Shown piece by piece: positions 30,701-41,912 of a DNA stretch of 62,951 nucleotides. This DNA comes from Gemmatimonadaceae bacterium (GTDB taxonomy: Bacteria > Gemmatimonadota > Gemmatimonadetes > Gemmatimonadales > Gemmatimonadaceae). The notes under the pieces are model-generated. The model did not search any database. It saw only the letters and a list, made by a program, of their open reading frames with translations, and was not told the origin of the DNA. Where the stretch lies: assembly GCA_033763905.1 (NCBI GenBank), contig JANRJP010000075.1, positions 1 to 62,951 of the forward strand, in the 5' to 3' direction. How positions within the stretch are numbered: position 1 is the stretch's first letter; each line of letters opens with the position of its first letter. The position numbers were made by a program, and so were the translations under genes.

Positions 30701-32541
30701 GCGCCGCCTCCGCGCAAGGCCTTGTTCACGGCGGTACGAACGACGATTTCATCCTTCGGGTCCGCCGCCGCCTTCTGCAGCGACTCGCGAGCCTTCGCGC
30801 TGTTCATCCGCCCCAGCGCCATCGCGGCGCAGGCCCGCGTCTCCGGATCTTCGCGCCGACCGAGGAAGCCCTTGCTGTTGAGCAGGCCGTCGAGCAACGG
30901 CACCCCCGCATCGCCGGCGATCGCGCCGTAGGCTTCGAAGGTCGCCATCTTCTCGGTGAGATCGCGCTCCTTCGCCGCCTTGCCCTTGACCGCCGCCTCG
31001 AGCCGCGCGAGCGCCGGCCGATAGGCGCGCGCCGCAATCGTGCGCAAAGTGGCAACGCGCACTTCGCGGTCGGGATCGTCCACCATCTTCTCGAGCAGTT
31101 GCAGGGCGCCCGGGGTCGCGATTTCCGACATCGCGAGGACCGCCGTCAGTCGCACATCGGCCGCAGGATCCCCGAGCAACTTGCCCAGGGGCCCGACGGC
31201 GGCGGGGGTGCGCAGCGCACCGCTGCGGCGCGCTGCTTCCAGCGCCACATCGCGCTCGTCGGCGTTGATCAGCTTGACGAGTTCGGCCGTGTTCTGTGAG
31301 GCCAGCGCACCCGCCGCGGTTTCGAGATGCGCACGGAGCTTGGGTTTCGACAGCTTGCCAAGCCAGGCGAACACGGTCTTGAGCGACGAGGCCTTGAGCT
31401 GCGTGAAGAGCTCGGTGAGCTCCTCCTGCGGCGGCAGCTCCGGCGCATCGTCCATCGCCTGCAGCAGCTGCGACAAGGTCTCGGCCTGCGACAGCCGATC
31501 GGCGAGCGCGCCGACTCGCGTGCGGTGCGTGCTTTCCAGCTCACGGGCGCGCGGCAACGCTGCGGCCGATTCCGCCAACAAGTAGGCGACCGCCCGGTAG
31601 TGGCCGGCCGAGAGCAGTTGCAGGATGTACGAATCGAGAATGCCGACGATCTCCTCGCGGACGAGGATGTCCGTCTGGAGCTCGAAGATGTCGAGCAGCA
31701 TCGAGACGACGTTGATGCGCTCATCCCGCGCGTACTCCTTGCGAATCTCCGACCGGAGGTACTCGATCTCGCTATCGTCGAGGAAGTACAGCGCGGTGTC
31801 GAAGTCGGACATACTGACGACGCCCGACGGGCGCGGCGCCCCTGGGGCATCGGCGCCGCCGGCGCCGCCCTTGCCTTCGATGCCCTCGCCGACCCCGGCG
31901 CCACCCACGCCGGCGCCCTCCGGCCCATCACCGCCAATGCCCCCGCCGCCGCCAGCGACAGTGCTGAGCGAGGTTTCGCCCCACGAGTCCACGAGGACGC
32001 CCGTGGCCGGCTCGCCGTCCTCGTACTCCAGCGGCACCGTCCCCTCGACGCCGACATCGACGTAGCGATACCGGACCGTCTGGAACTCGGCCTGCCACAA
32101 CAAAGTCAGGAGATCGTCTTCGTCGGGCAACGCCTTGCGCGCGCGCACCACGAGGTCGAGGAACTTGACCGATTCCTCCCCCTCGAAACCAGGCAGGAAT
32201 CGGAGCTCGCGCACGCCGTCCTTGAAGAACAGCCACGGCAGCGAGTCGTTCGCCTGCGCCTCCTCCTTGTACACCACGCGCGTGCCGTACTGGAAGGAGT
32301 GCTCGTTGATCGTGAGCACGCATTCCTCCGCGTGCTGCCACATCGGGGCAAACACCACCCCCATCAACTCCGCAGCCTTGGCGTAATTCGGGTTGTTCGG
32401 CAGGTACAGCAAGCGCGCCCGCACTGCCTTGGACAGCAGCTTGAGCGCCTCCTCAACGATCGGCAACGGGATCGGAAGCGGTTCGTCGTCTTCCGTCACC
32501 GCCGATTGTCCCTGAACCTGCGAAAGCCGCGGACCGGTCAC
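30697..32541 (-). CDS. HEAT-repeat protein with unannotated N-terminal domain
   Basis: C-terminal repeats ([31 protein letters not shown]); GTGA overlaps at both ends. Confidence 0.85.
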   Translation of the reverse strand: MTGPRLSQVQGQSAVTEDDEPLPIPLPIVEEALKLLSKAVRARLLYLPNNPNYAKAAELMGVVFAPMWQHAEECVLTINEHSFQYGTRVVYKEEAQANDSLPWLFFKDGVRELRFLPGFEGEESVKFLDLVVRARKALPDEDDLLTLLWQAEFQTVRYRYVDVGVEGTVPLEYEDGEPATGVLVDSWGETSLSTVAGGGGGIGGDGPEGAGVGGAGVGEGIEGKGGAGGADAPGAPRPSGVVSMSDFDTALYFLDDSEIEYLRSEIRKEYARDERINVVSMLLDIFELQTDILVREEIVGILDSYILQLLSAGHYRAVAYLLAESAAALPRARELESTHRTRVGALADRLSQAETLSQLLQAMDDAPELPPQEELTELFTQLKASSLKTVFAWLGKLSKPKLRAHLETAAGALASQNTAELVKLINADERDVALEAARRSGALRTPAAVGPLGKLLGDPAADVRLTAVLAMSEIATPGALQLLEKMVDDPDREVRVATLRTIAARAYRPALARLEAAVKGKAAKERDLTEKMATFEAYGAIAGDAGVPLLDGLLNSKGFLGRREDPETRACAAMALGRMNSAKARESLQKAAADPKDEIVVRTAVNKALRGGGA

Positions 32542-33758
32542 GTCAGAAAGTTACGCTGCTCGACCATCGTTGCCACATCCTTGTCGCCACGGCCGGACAT
32601 ACACACCAGCACCGGTCGGTCCGACGGAAACCGGCCCTGCTGCTTGGCGACCCACGCGATGGCGTGCGCGGTCTCGAGCGCCGGGATGATGCCCTCGAGG
32701 CGCGAGCAGATCTTGACCCCCTCGAGTGCCTCGGTGTCAGTCACCGACACGTACGTCCCGCGCCCGGAGGTCTTGAGCCACGCGTGCTCCGGCCCCACAC
32801 CGGGGTAGTCCAGACCCGCCGAGATGCTGTGGGCCGGATGGACTTGGCCGTTGCCGTCCTGCAGGAGCAGGCTGAGCGCGCCGTGCAGGACGCCGGGCGT
32901 GCCCTTGGTCAGCGACGCCGAGTGCTCGCCGGACTCCAGGCCGTGCCCCGCCGCTTCGACGCCGATGAGCTCGGTCCCCTCGTCGTTGACGAACGGATGG
33001 AAAATGCCCATCGCGTTGGAGCCCCCGCCGACGCAGGCGATGACAGCCGACGGCAGGTGGCCCGTCCGCTCGAGCAGCTGCGCCCGGGACTCATCCCCGA
33101 TGATCCGCTGGAAGTCCCGCACCATCCGCGGGTACGGGGCGGGTCCCACCACCGAGCCGATGATGTAGTGCGTCTCGTGGACGTTGGTGACCCAGTCGCG
33201 AATCGCCTCGGACGTCGCGTCCTTGAGCGTCCGCGTGCCGCTCGTCACCGGGACCACGGTCGCCCCGAGCAGCTGCATCCGGAAGACATTGAGGGCCTGC
33301 CGCCGAGTGTCCTCCTCTCCCATATACACGACGCATTCGAGCCCGAACCGTGCACAGATGGTGGCGGTAGCCACGCCGTGCTGCCCGGCGCCGGTCTCGG
33401 CAATGATCCGCTTCTTGCCCATCCGTCGAGCGAGCAAGGCCTGCCCGACGGTGTTGTTGATCTTGTGCGCGCCGGTGTGATTGAGGTCTTCGCGCTTGAA
33501 CCAGACCGGCGCGCCGACCAGCTGCGAGAGCCGTGGCGCCGGCGTCATTGCCGTGGGTCGCCCGACGAACTCAAAGAGCAGTTGGCGGTACTCGGCGACG
33601 AAGGCGGGGTCCGCCATTGCCTCGTCAAGCGCGAGATCGAGCGCGTCCAGCGCCGGGATGAGCGTTTCGGGCACGTACCGGCCGCCAAAGGCGCCGAACC
33701 GGTCGCGGCCGTCGATCTCGAGAGATGCCACTGGTGCTGCCATTCCGTGCTCCGTCAA
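32538..33758 (-). CDS. trpB: Tryptophan synthase beta chain
   Basis: [50 protein letters not shown]. Confidence 0.98.
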   Translation of the reverse strand: MTEHGMAAPVASLEIDGRDRFGAFGGRYVPETLIPALDALDLALDEAMADPAFVAEYRQLLFEFVGRPTAMTPAPRLSQLVGAPVWFKREDLNHTGAHKINNTVGQALLARRMGKKRIIAETGAGQHGVATATICARFGLECVVYMGEEDTRRQALNVFRMQLLGATVVPVTSGTRTLKDATSEAIRDWVTNVHETHYIIGSVVGPAPYPRMVRDFQRIIGDESRAQLLERTGHLPSAVIACVGGGSNAMGIFHPFVNDEGTELIGVEAAGHGLESGEHSASLTKGTPGVLHGALSLLLQDGNGQVHPAHSISAGLDYPGVGPEHAWLKTSGRGTYVSVTDTEALEGVKICSRLEGIIPALETAHAIAWVAKQQGRFPSDRPVLVCMSGRGDKDVATMVEQRNFLT

Positions 33759-34396
33759 AGGGCGGCGTGCGTCGCTCGCGCGAACGCCCGCACTCGTTCG
33801 TGATCCTTGATTCCGGGGGCTGACTCCACCCCCGACGACACATCCACCACATCCGGCCGAAGGGCGCGAATCGCGTCCTCGACGTTCTCGGGCCGGAGCC
33901 CCCCTGCCAACACGACCATCGTCAGCCGACGCAACGCGTCGACCTCCTCGGAGAGCTCAGACCACGCCAGCGCCTGCCCGCTGCCACCAAGCTGCCCCTC
34001 AACCTTCGGATCGAGCACCACGGCGTCGGCGGCCTCGGCCAACGCCGGCGCCCCCACCGGCAGCCGATTCCCGCTCACGCGCAGGACCCCCCAGACCGGT
34101 CGCGCGGTGGCTACCCGCACCGCACGCACGTCCACGGGCGTCGGATCCGCGTGGAGTTGAATCACGTCCAGCGACGCGGCCTCGGCGATACGAGCGATCT
34201 CCTCCACGCGTTGAGCCCCGAACACCCCGACCCGCTGCGCCTGGCCGACCGCCTTCCGGCCGACCGCGGCGGCCTGCTCGACTCCGATCTCTCGCGGGCC
34301 GCCGGCGAAGATCATTCCAACATAGGCGGCACCCGCCTCTACGGCAGCGACGACGTCAAGCTCCCGAGTGAGGCCGCAGATCTTGATGCGGGTCAT
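33755..34396 (-). CDS. trpF: Phosphoribosylanthranilate isomerase
   Basis: [30 protein letters not shown]. Confidence 0.95.
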   Translation of the reverse strand: MTRIKICGLTRELDVVAAVEAGAAYVGMIFAGGPREIGVEQAAAVGRKAVGQAQRVGVFGAQRVEEIARIAEAASLDVIQLHADPTPVDVRAVRVATARPVWGVLRVSGNRLPVGAPALAEAADAVVLDPKVEGQLGGSGQALAWSELSEEVDALRRLTMVVLAGGLRPENVEDAIRALRPDVVDVSSGVESAPGIKDHERVRAFARATHAAL

Positions 34397-35217
34397 CCGC
34401 GCCCGCGTCGAGGCACCTGCGTCAGGGCGCGCACCGCCGCCTCGGCGCCGCCGGACTGACTCAAGACCGACCCGACGAGCACCGCATCGGCACCGGCCGC
34501 CGCGGCCGCTTCCACATCCGTCGACGAGCGCACGCCACTCTCGTACACGCCGGGCACGGTCGGCGGGATGCGCGGCACCAGCGTCAAACCGACCTCCGGA
34601 TGGATCTCGAGCGACTCGAGATTTCGCGTGTTGACGCCGATGGCATCAGCTCCCGCCGCCACCGCCCAGTCGAGCTCGTCCTCCGATCGGACCTCGACCA
34701 GCGTCTCGAGGCCGACCGCGCGCGCCGAGGCCGCGAGCGACATCACCCCCGTCGGCCCGAGCGCTCGGGCGATCAGGAGCGCCGCCGACGCCCCTGCGAT
34801 CCGGGCCTCGAACAACTGGCACTCATCAACGATGAAGTCTTTTCGCAGCAGAGGAATAGCCGTCGCACCTGAAGCAGTTTCGAGGTCCGCCAGCGTACCA
34901 CCGAAGGCCGTCGGTTCGGTCAGCACCGACATCGCGGCCGCACCGCCGGCGGCGAAGGCCCGGGCGACCTTCGCGGCGTCCAGGCTGTCATCGAGCACGC
35001 CCTTGGACGGTGACCGCCGCTTCAGCTCGGCGATCACGGCCACCATCGGACGGCGCAACGCCTGAGCAAAGGACGGCACATCCCCCGCCGGTCGCGCCTC
35101 GGCGCGGCGGCGCAGTTCGCGCGCCTCCGGATGCAGCGCTCGTGACCGAACGAGGGCCGTAGCCGTCAATTCACCGAGCACGCCGATTGGAGGGGACCAG
35201 CTCTTTGGAGCTTGCAC
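34393..35217 (-). CDS. trpC: Indole-3-glycerol phosphate synthase
   Basis: IAELKRRSPSKG, SVLTE, LRKDFI, GVNTRNL, ESG. Confidence 0.95.
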   Translation of the reverse strand: MQAPKSWSPPIGVLGELTATALVRSRALHPEARELRRRAEARPAGDVPSFAQALRRPMVAVIAELKRRSPSKGVLDDSLDAAKVARAFAAGGAAAMSVLTEPTAFGGTLADLETASGATAIPLLRKDFIVDECQLFEARIAGASAALLIARALGPTGVMSLAASARAVGLETLVEVRSEDELDWAVAAGADAIGVNTRNLESLEIHPEVGLTLVPRIPPTVPGVYESGVRSSTDVEAAAAAGADAVLVGSVLSQSGGAEAAVRALTQVPRRGRG

Positions 35218-35259
35218 TTCGGGAAACCTTCGGATAGCGTGTCTTCGGAATCTATTCGG
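35218..35259. promoter_or_regulatory. Candidate LexA operator: two TTCGG-N6-TTCGG direct-repeat boxes
   Basis: TTCGG at 35218, 35229, 35244 and 35255 (11-bp period within each pair) in the 82-bp trpC/lexA divergent gap. Confidence 0.6.
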
Positions 35260-35299
35260 CTACTCGCCGTCCCTGCAGTCCTGCCACCGGTACCCGCCA

Positions 35300-35908
35300 A
35301 TGCCGCTAACGAAGCGTCAACGCGAGATCCTCGATTACCTCAATGAATACACCGGCGACAACGGCTATGCGCCGAGCTTCGAGGAAATTGCCGGCCGGTT
35401 CGACTACTCGTCGCTCGCCACGGTGCACGAGCACCTGAGCAATCTCGAGCGCAAGGGCTACATCAAGCGCAACTACAACGAGAGTCGCGCGATCGAGATC
35501 CTCCCGACGGACGTCTTCCCGCAGGCCCGCGAGCTGCCGCTACTCGGCAGCGTCGCGGCGGGTGTCCCGATCGAGACCGCAACGCACGGGGAAACGGTGT
35601 CGGTTCCGGCGGATTTCATCCGACGCGATGGCCCGCACTACGTGCTCCGGGTGCGCGGACAGTCGATGATCGACGAACAGATCCGCGATGGTGACTACGT
35701 CGTGGTGCAGGACAAGCGGACGGCGGACAACGGGGAGATGGTCATCGCGATGGTCCAGGATCGCGGCGCCACCGTGAAGCGATACTACCGAGAGCGCGAT
35801 GGGCGTGTCCGCCTCCAGCCCGCGAACGACACGATGCAGCCGATGTACGTCGATCCGATGGATGTCGCCATTCAAGGCGTCGTCGTGGGCGTGATGCGTC
35901 GCTACTGA
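35300..35908 (+). CDS. lexA: SOS repressor LexA
   Basis: LTKRQREIL, PSFEEI, VAAG.P cleavage site, GQSM (Ser), ATVK (Lys). Confidence 0.97.
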   Translation: MPLTKRQREILDYLNEYTGDNGYAPSFEEIAGRFDYSSLATVHEHLSNLERKGYIKRNYNESRAIEILPTDVFPQARELPLLGSVAAGVPIETATHGETVSVPADFIRRDGPHYVLRVRGQSMIDEQIRDGDYVVVQDKRTADNGEMVIAMVQDRGATVKRYYRERDGRVRLQPANDTMQPMYVDPMDVAIQGVVVGVMRRY

Positions 35909-36504
35909 GTCGTCGGGCCGCGCCGGAACGCCGGCGCGGCCAGACGTCCCAGATGTTCCCGCAGATCCGCCGGCCAGGCCGAGATCTGCACAGCAAAGGC
36001 GGGGCCGTCCCCCGCGAACAGCGCCCGTGCCGCGTCCTCGAAGCCGGGCGCGTCGCCCAGCGTATAGCTCATAAACCGATAGCAGCGCTCCTGCGCTCGG
36101 CGCACCGCGTCTCGCTCGGCATACGTCGAGCGCGCCTCGTCGACGAGTCGACGCAGGGCCGCTGACGCGCCGCCCGGCTGCTCGTTCAGCCAGGACCAGT
36201 GCCGCGGGAGCAAGGTCACCTCGCGCGCCACTACCCCCAACTTGGGGCGCCCGGGACCGCTCCGTGCCGGACGCGGCAGCGCGATGTCATCGAGTCGGTG
36301 CCGTTGTTCGACGTCGTCGAGCGTCCCGCTCAAGTCCAAATCCCACGGCTCGCTGGACTCGGCGTCGAAGACCTGAATCGGTCGGCTCGCACCCGCCTCG
36401 AGTGCCAGCTTCGCCGCACGGGCGACGACAGGCAGGGTGCCGCGCGAGACGAGCCGCCCCTCGAGGAACGCGACATAGGTGGGATAGCGCACGGACACGG
36501 ACAT
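35902..36504 (-). CDS. DUF2239 family protein
   Basis: GRPKLGVVAREVTLLPRHW.WL..QPGGASA.LR.LV; ATG at 36504 with GGAG upstream. Confidence 0.88.
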   Translation of the reverse strand: MSVSVRYPTYVAFLEGRLVSRGTLPVVARAAKLALEAGASRPIQVFDAESSEPWDLDLSGTLDDVEQRHRLDDIALPRPARSGPGRPKLGVVAREVTLLPRHWSWLNEQPGGASAALRRLVDEARSTYAERDAVRRAQERCYRFMSYTLGDAPGFEDAARALFAGDGPAFAVQISAWPADLREHLGRLAAPAFRRGPTTQ

Positions 36505-36586
36505 TCGGCGAACTCCGGCAGAAGAGTTGGAGCCGAATATTATCCGGATGTAATTCGCACCGCGAGCGGTGCTCTGACTCGCCCGA

Positions 36587-37630
36587 CTAAGCGATGCGGA
36601 ACGCCGCTCGAAGACGCTCAAGCGCGGCGAGGCCCACCCGCGCGTCGAGGGCGCGCTGCGCGGCGGCGAGCGACTCCTCGAAGCTGAGCCCCCGCCCCGA
36701 GACATAGAGCGCGGCTGCCGTATTGAGGGCGACGGCCACGCGCGCGCCTGTCGGACCGCCGCCACCGAGCACCGCCTCGATGATGGCCGCGTTGTCAGCG
36801 GGACCGCCGCCGGCCAACTCATCCGCCGAGACACTGGGCAATCCCAACGCCTGCGGATCGATCGTCCACGGGCGCTCGACGCCGTCCCGGAGCTCAATGA
36901 CAGTTGTTGGCCCTAGCGGCGAGATCTCGTCCAGCCCGGGCGCCCCGTGGACAACCAATGCGTGGACGGTACCGAGCGCCCGCAGCGCCCCGGCAATCAG
37001 CGGCAGCCGAGCGGCTTCGGCGACGCCGACGACCTGGCGGCCAGCACGCGCAGGATTCGCGAGGGGCCCGACGATGTTCATCACCGTGGGGATGGCCAGC
37101 TCGCGCCGCACCGGTCCGACGTGCCGCATCGCCGGATGCAGCAGTGGCGCGAACATAAACACGATCCCGGCCTCAGCCAGCGCCTTGGCCATCGTGGCCG
37201 GCGGCACGTCGATCGTGACACCGAGCGCCTCCAGCACGTCGGCCGATCCCGACTTGGAGGTGAACGACCGGTTGCCGTGCTTGGCGATCCGGACGCCGGC
37301 CCCCGCCGCGGCCAGCGCAGACGCCGTCGAGATGTTGAACGTCGTGACGGTGCCGCCCCCGGTGCCGCAGGTGTCCACCAGCGCATCCGGGGCGTCGGCC
37401 GCGAGACCGATCATCGCCCCCCGCAGGGCCCGGGCGGCCCCCGCGACTTCGTCGGGCGTCTCGCCTTTGACTCGCAGGGCCGCCAGTAGCGCACCGATCT
37501 GCGCGGGCGTCGCCTCGCCGCGCATCACGACCTCGAAGGCCGACGCGGCCTGATCGGCGGTCAGCGACTCGTGACTCGCGAGGCGGCGGATCGCCAGCGC
37601 GAGGGCCGATCCTCCGCCGTCAGCCGACAC
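36587..37630 (-). CDS. trpD: Anthranilate phosphoribosyltransferase
   Basis: DTCGTGG, FNIST, KHGNR..TSKSGSADVLEALG, GPLANPA, GLDE. Confidence 0.96.
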   Translation of the reverse strand: MSADGGGSALALAIRRLASHESLTADQAASAFEVVMRGEATPAQIGALLAALRVKGETPDEVAGAARALRGAMIGLAADAPDALVDTCGTGGGTVTTFNISTASALAAAGAGVRIAKHGNRSFTSKSGSADVLEALGVTIDVPPATMAKALAEAGIVFMFAPLLHPAMRHVGPVRRELAIPTVMNIVGPLANPARAGRQVVGVAEAARLPLIAGALRALGTVHALVVHGAPGLDEISPLGPTTVIELRDGVERPWTIDPQALGLPSVSADELAGGGPADNAAIIEAVLGGGGPTGARVAVALNTAAALYVSGRGLSFEESLAAAQRALDARVGLAALERLRAAFRIA

Positions 37631-38966
37631 GGAGCTCGGGAATGAGTCGTTCGGCCAGTCGCGTGTTGACGCAGATCAGCGACGTGACCAGCGCGAGCAG
37701 GCGCACCCGCTCGACGTCTTCTTCGACGAACACCCCGAAGCGGGCCCTGTTCGTGAGGTTGAGCACGCCCACGAGTTCGTCGCGATACACGAGCGGGCAG
37801 CTGATGAACGAGCCCGTCGTGAAGAACTGATCCTGCAGCAGGGGGTGCGACGCGGCGTCGGATACATCCTGCACGAGGAGGGGCTCTCGCGATGCCGCCA
37901 CGCGCCCAGACACCCCGCGCCCGATCGGCACCCGTTCGCCGAGCCCGATGTTCGGGGCGACGCCGCGCAGGGCCGCAAGCACCAGATCCTCGGTTCCGGG
38001 CTCGACCAGCATCAGCGAGCAGCGCTGGGCCTGCATATCCTCACCGGCGAGATTCAGGAGCCCGTCGGCCAGTCGCCGAGGGTCGTCGGCGGTGGCATCG
38101 AGGGTGAGCATTCGGTCGAGGAGGTACAGGGTCCGCGTCTTCTGACGCAGGGCCTCGGAGCGGCGATGCAGCTCGACGTGCGCCTGCTCCAACTGCCCCA
38201 CGGCCGCCGCCACCTGCTGTTCAACCCGTTCCGCCCGGGTGGTGGCGCGGCGCGACTCTTCGGTCAGGCGCGTGACATCCCGTTCGGCTTGGAGCAGCCG
38301 CGCGGTGTCGTGTCCCCCGCTCTGCCGGGCCTCCACGCGCGCCTGATTGAGGGCGTGGTCCAGCTCGCCGAGCCGACGCTCGTACTCGGCGTGCACCCGC
38401 TGCATGACCGCCTCGAGGGTGCGGCTGGCTTCTTCGCGGCCGTCCCGCTCGATCAGTCGGCCATACGCCAGTTCGTACAGGGCGACCGACGGGGCGAAGC
38501 GTTCCGCCGTGCGCGCGCCGAAGATGCGCTTCGACTCCTGCAAGGCCACCACGGCGGCGAGCTGCCCATCCACGTGAAGCCCGCGCAGCGAGAGCATCCC
38601 CCCGTCGGGAATCGGTGGCAGTTCGAACAGCCGGATGTACTCGCTCGACTTGTCCGCGAGATCCACGAACTGCGCGCCGGCCCGGACGGCAGGCTGCACG
38701 GTCGGCGGGAGGTGGTCGAAAGTGGTATCGATGCGCCGGTGTTCGACGTGCCGTCCGTCGGAGACCGCGACCTCGTCGAAGAGCTGGCGCCTGGCGTCGT
38801 AGCGCAGCACCGCCAGGACCGCGACGCGATCCAGCTCGGCCAACGCCTCCGCGAGCGCGACGAGCGAGGCGTCGTGGTCGGGGGCGACGCTGAGCGCGTG
38901 CGCGAGGGAGGCGAGAGTGCGAGGCGGCAAAGACGCAGAGAGGACGGGCGGGAACGTAGGCCGCAC
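37620..38966 (-). CDS. GAF-coiled coil-GAF protein without output domain
   Basis: C-terminal GAF (CSLML, G.GVSG.VA..REP, SFISCPL, VGVLNL); central heptad-rich segment; degenerate N-terminal GAF. Confidence 0.78.
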   Translation of the reverse strand: MRPTFPPVLSASLPPRTLASLAHALSVAPDHDASLVALAEALAELDRVAVLAVLRYDARRQLFDEVAVSDGRHVEHRRIDTTFDHLPPTVQPAVRAGAQFVDLADKSSEYIRLFELPPIPDGGMLSLRGLHVDGQLAAVVALQESKRIFGARTAERFAPSVALYELAYGRLIERDGREEASRTLEAVMQRVHAEYERRLGELDHALNQARVEARQSGGHDTARLLQAERDVTRLTEESRRATTRAERVEQQVAAAVGQLEQAHVELHRRSEALRQKTRTLYLLDRMLTLDATADDPRRLADGLLNLAGEDMQAQRCSLMLVEPGTEDLVLAALRGVAPNIGLGERVPIGRGVSGRVAASREPLLVQDVSDAASHPLLQDQFFTTGSFISCPLVYRDELVGVLNLTNRARFGVFVEEDVERVRLLALVTSLICVNTRLAERLIPELRVG

Positions 38967-39005
38967 ACAAGAGCAGTGTCAATCAGTTTCGACCCTCGAT
39001 TTCGC

Positions 39006-39034
39006 TTGAATCGCCTCCTTCGGGCGGGTAGTTT
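39006..39034 (+). promoter_or_regulatory. sigma70 promoter giving a probably leaderless truA mRNA
   Basis: TTGAAT-N17-TAGTTT-N6-ATG. Confidence 0.6.
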
Positions 39035-39040
39035 TCCGGG

Positions 39041-39811
39041 ATGTTGCCGCGCACCGTGCAGCTCGTGCTGCACTATGACGGTGCGGGCTTCTCCGGCTGG
39101 CAGCGCCAGCCGGATGCCCGCACGGTGCAGGGTGTGCTCGAAGCCGGTATGCGGCGGCTGGGGATGGAGGACGTCTCGGTGCTCGGCGCAGGCCGGACGG
39201 ATGCTGGGGTGCACGCGCGCGGGCAGGCAGCTGGCGTGCGGGTACCGGAGCGATGGACGCCGGAGTCGCTTCGGCGTGCGTTGAATGCCGTGTTGCCGGA
39301 TGACGTCTGGGTGGCGTCGGCGCACGAGATGGTGCCCGAGTTCCACGCGCGCTACAGCGCCACGGCTCGGCGCTACACGTATCGGGTCGGGCTCGACGAC
39401 ACCGCTCGCTCGCCGTTTCGGCGACGCTGGAGCTGGCCCGTCGGGCGACCGCTCGACGTGGAGGCGCTGCACGCGGCGGCGGCGCCGCTGGTCGGACCGC
39501 ACGTGTTCCGCGCCTTCGCGGTGAAAGGCACGGCGCCGGAGGACGACGACCACGCGTGCCACATCTCCGTTGCTCGCTGGCACCTCACTGAACTCGACGC
39601 CGTGTTCGAAGTCGAAGCCAACCGGTTCCTGCACCATATGGTCCGCTTCCTCGTGGGGACGATGATCGACGTCGCCTCGGGCCGCCGGCCGGTGGCAGAC
39701 ATCGCCGCGTTGCTGCGCGCGGGGGACAACCTCGAGACGTCACCGCCAGCGCCGCCGACGGGGCTTTGCCTCGAATCGGTGCACTACCCACAGGAGTTGT
39801 ATCTGGCGTGA
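39041..39811 (+). CDS. truA: tRNA pseudouridine(38-40) synthase
   Basis: YDG..F.GWQ.Q, AGRTDAGVHA.GQ, FHARYSA, FLHHMVR. Confidence 0.96.
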   Translation: MLPRTVQLVLHYDGAGFSGWQRQPDARTVQGVLEAGMRRLGMEDVSVLGAGRTDAGVHARGQAAGVRVPERWTPESLRRALNAVLPDDVWVASAHEMVPEFHARYSATARRYTYRVGLDDTARSPFRRRWSWPVGRPLDVEALHAAAAPLVGPHVFRAFAVKGTAPEDDDHACHISVARWHLTELDAVFEVEANRFLHHMVRFLVGTMIDVASGRRPVADIAALLRAGDNLETSPPAPPTGLCLESVHYPQELYLA

Positions 39812-40463
39812 AGCTCTATCTCGCGTCCACCGATCTGGCCGACCTGACCCCGGTCGCGGCCCGCGGGCTGCTCGACGGGGTGTACCTGTCCCCCCCGATG
39901 CTGATGGCGGCGGCCACGGGCCGGAGTGCCGACGACGTCCTCCTCGAACTGGCCCGCGGCGCGCGCCGACCGGTCTTCACGCCGATCGCGTCGGTGTTTG
40001 GCGACGACCTGCTCCTCGAGGCGCGCGCGCGTGCCAAGGCGGCGGACGGCATCGTCGTGCAGGTGCCGTTCATCGAGGATGCGCTGCGCCCGATGCACGA
40101 CCTGGTGGCCGACGGGGTGCGGATCGCCGCGACGCTCGTGGTCACCGCGCCGCAGGCGCTGCTCGCGGCGAAGATCGGGGCCTCGTCGGTGATCGTCGAC
40201 GTCGACCTGCTCGAGCAGCACGGCCTCGACGCGAGTAGCAGCCTGTCGGCGATGCGGTCGCTGTTGGACCGCCACGCGATGGCCTGCGACCTGCTGGCGC
40301 TGCACCCGCGGGGGAGCGGTCCCTTCGCCGCCTGCCTGACGGCCGGCGCCGATGGCGTGATCATCGAGCCGGCGGCGCTCCGCGATCTGCTGACGCATCC
40401 GCTGACGGATCGCGGCCTGGACCGTTTGCTCGCGGCGATGTCTCGTCGTCCACGGGTGCTGCC

Positions 40464-40467
<4 letters not shown>
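39808..40467 (+). CDS. Transaldolase/FSA-fold protein lacking catalytic residues
   Basis: QALLAAK.GA and HPLTD.GL retained; VVKIP is VVQVP and GVTTNP is GVYLSP. Confidence 0.8.

Positions 40468-41908
<1,441 letters not shown>

Positions 41909-41912
<4 letters not shown>

Noticed and set aside
35218..35299. trp attenuator, leader peptide or T-box
   Set aside because: No Trp-codon leader ORF or terminator/antiterminator seen upstream of trpC or trpD
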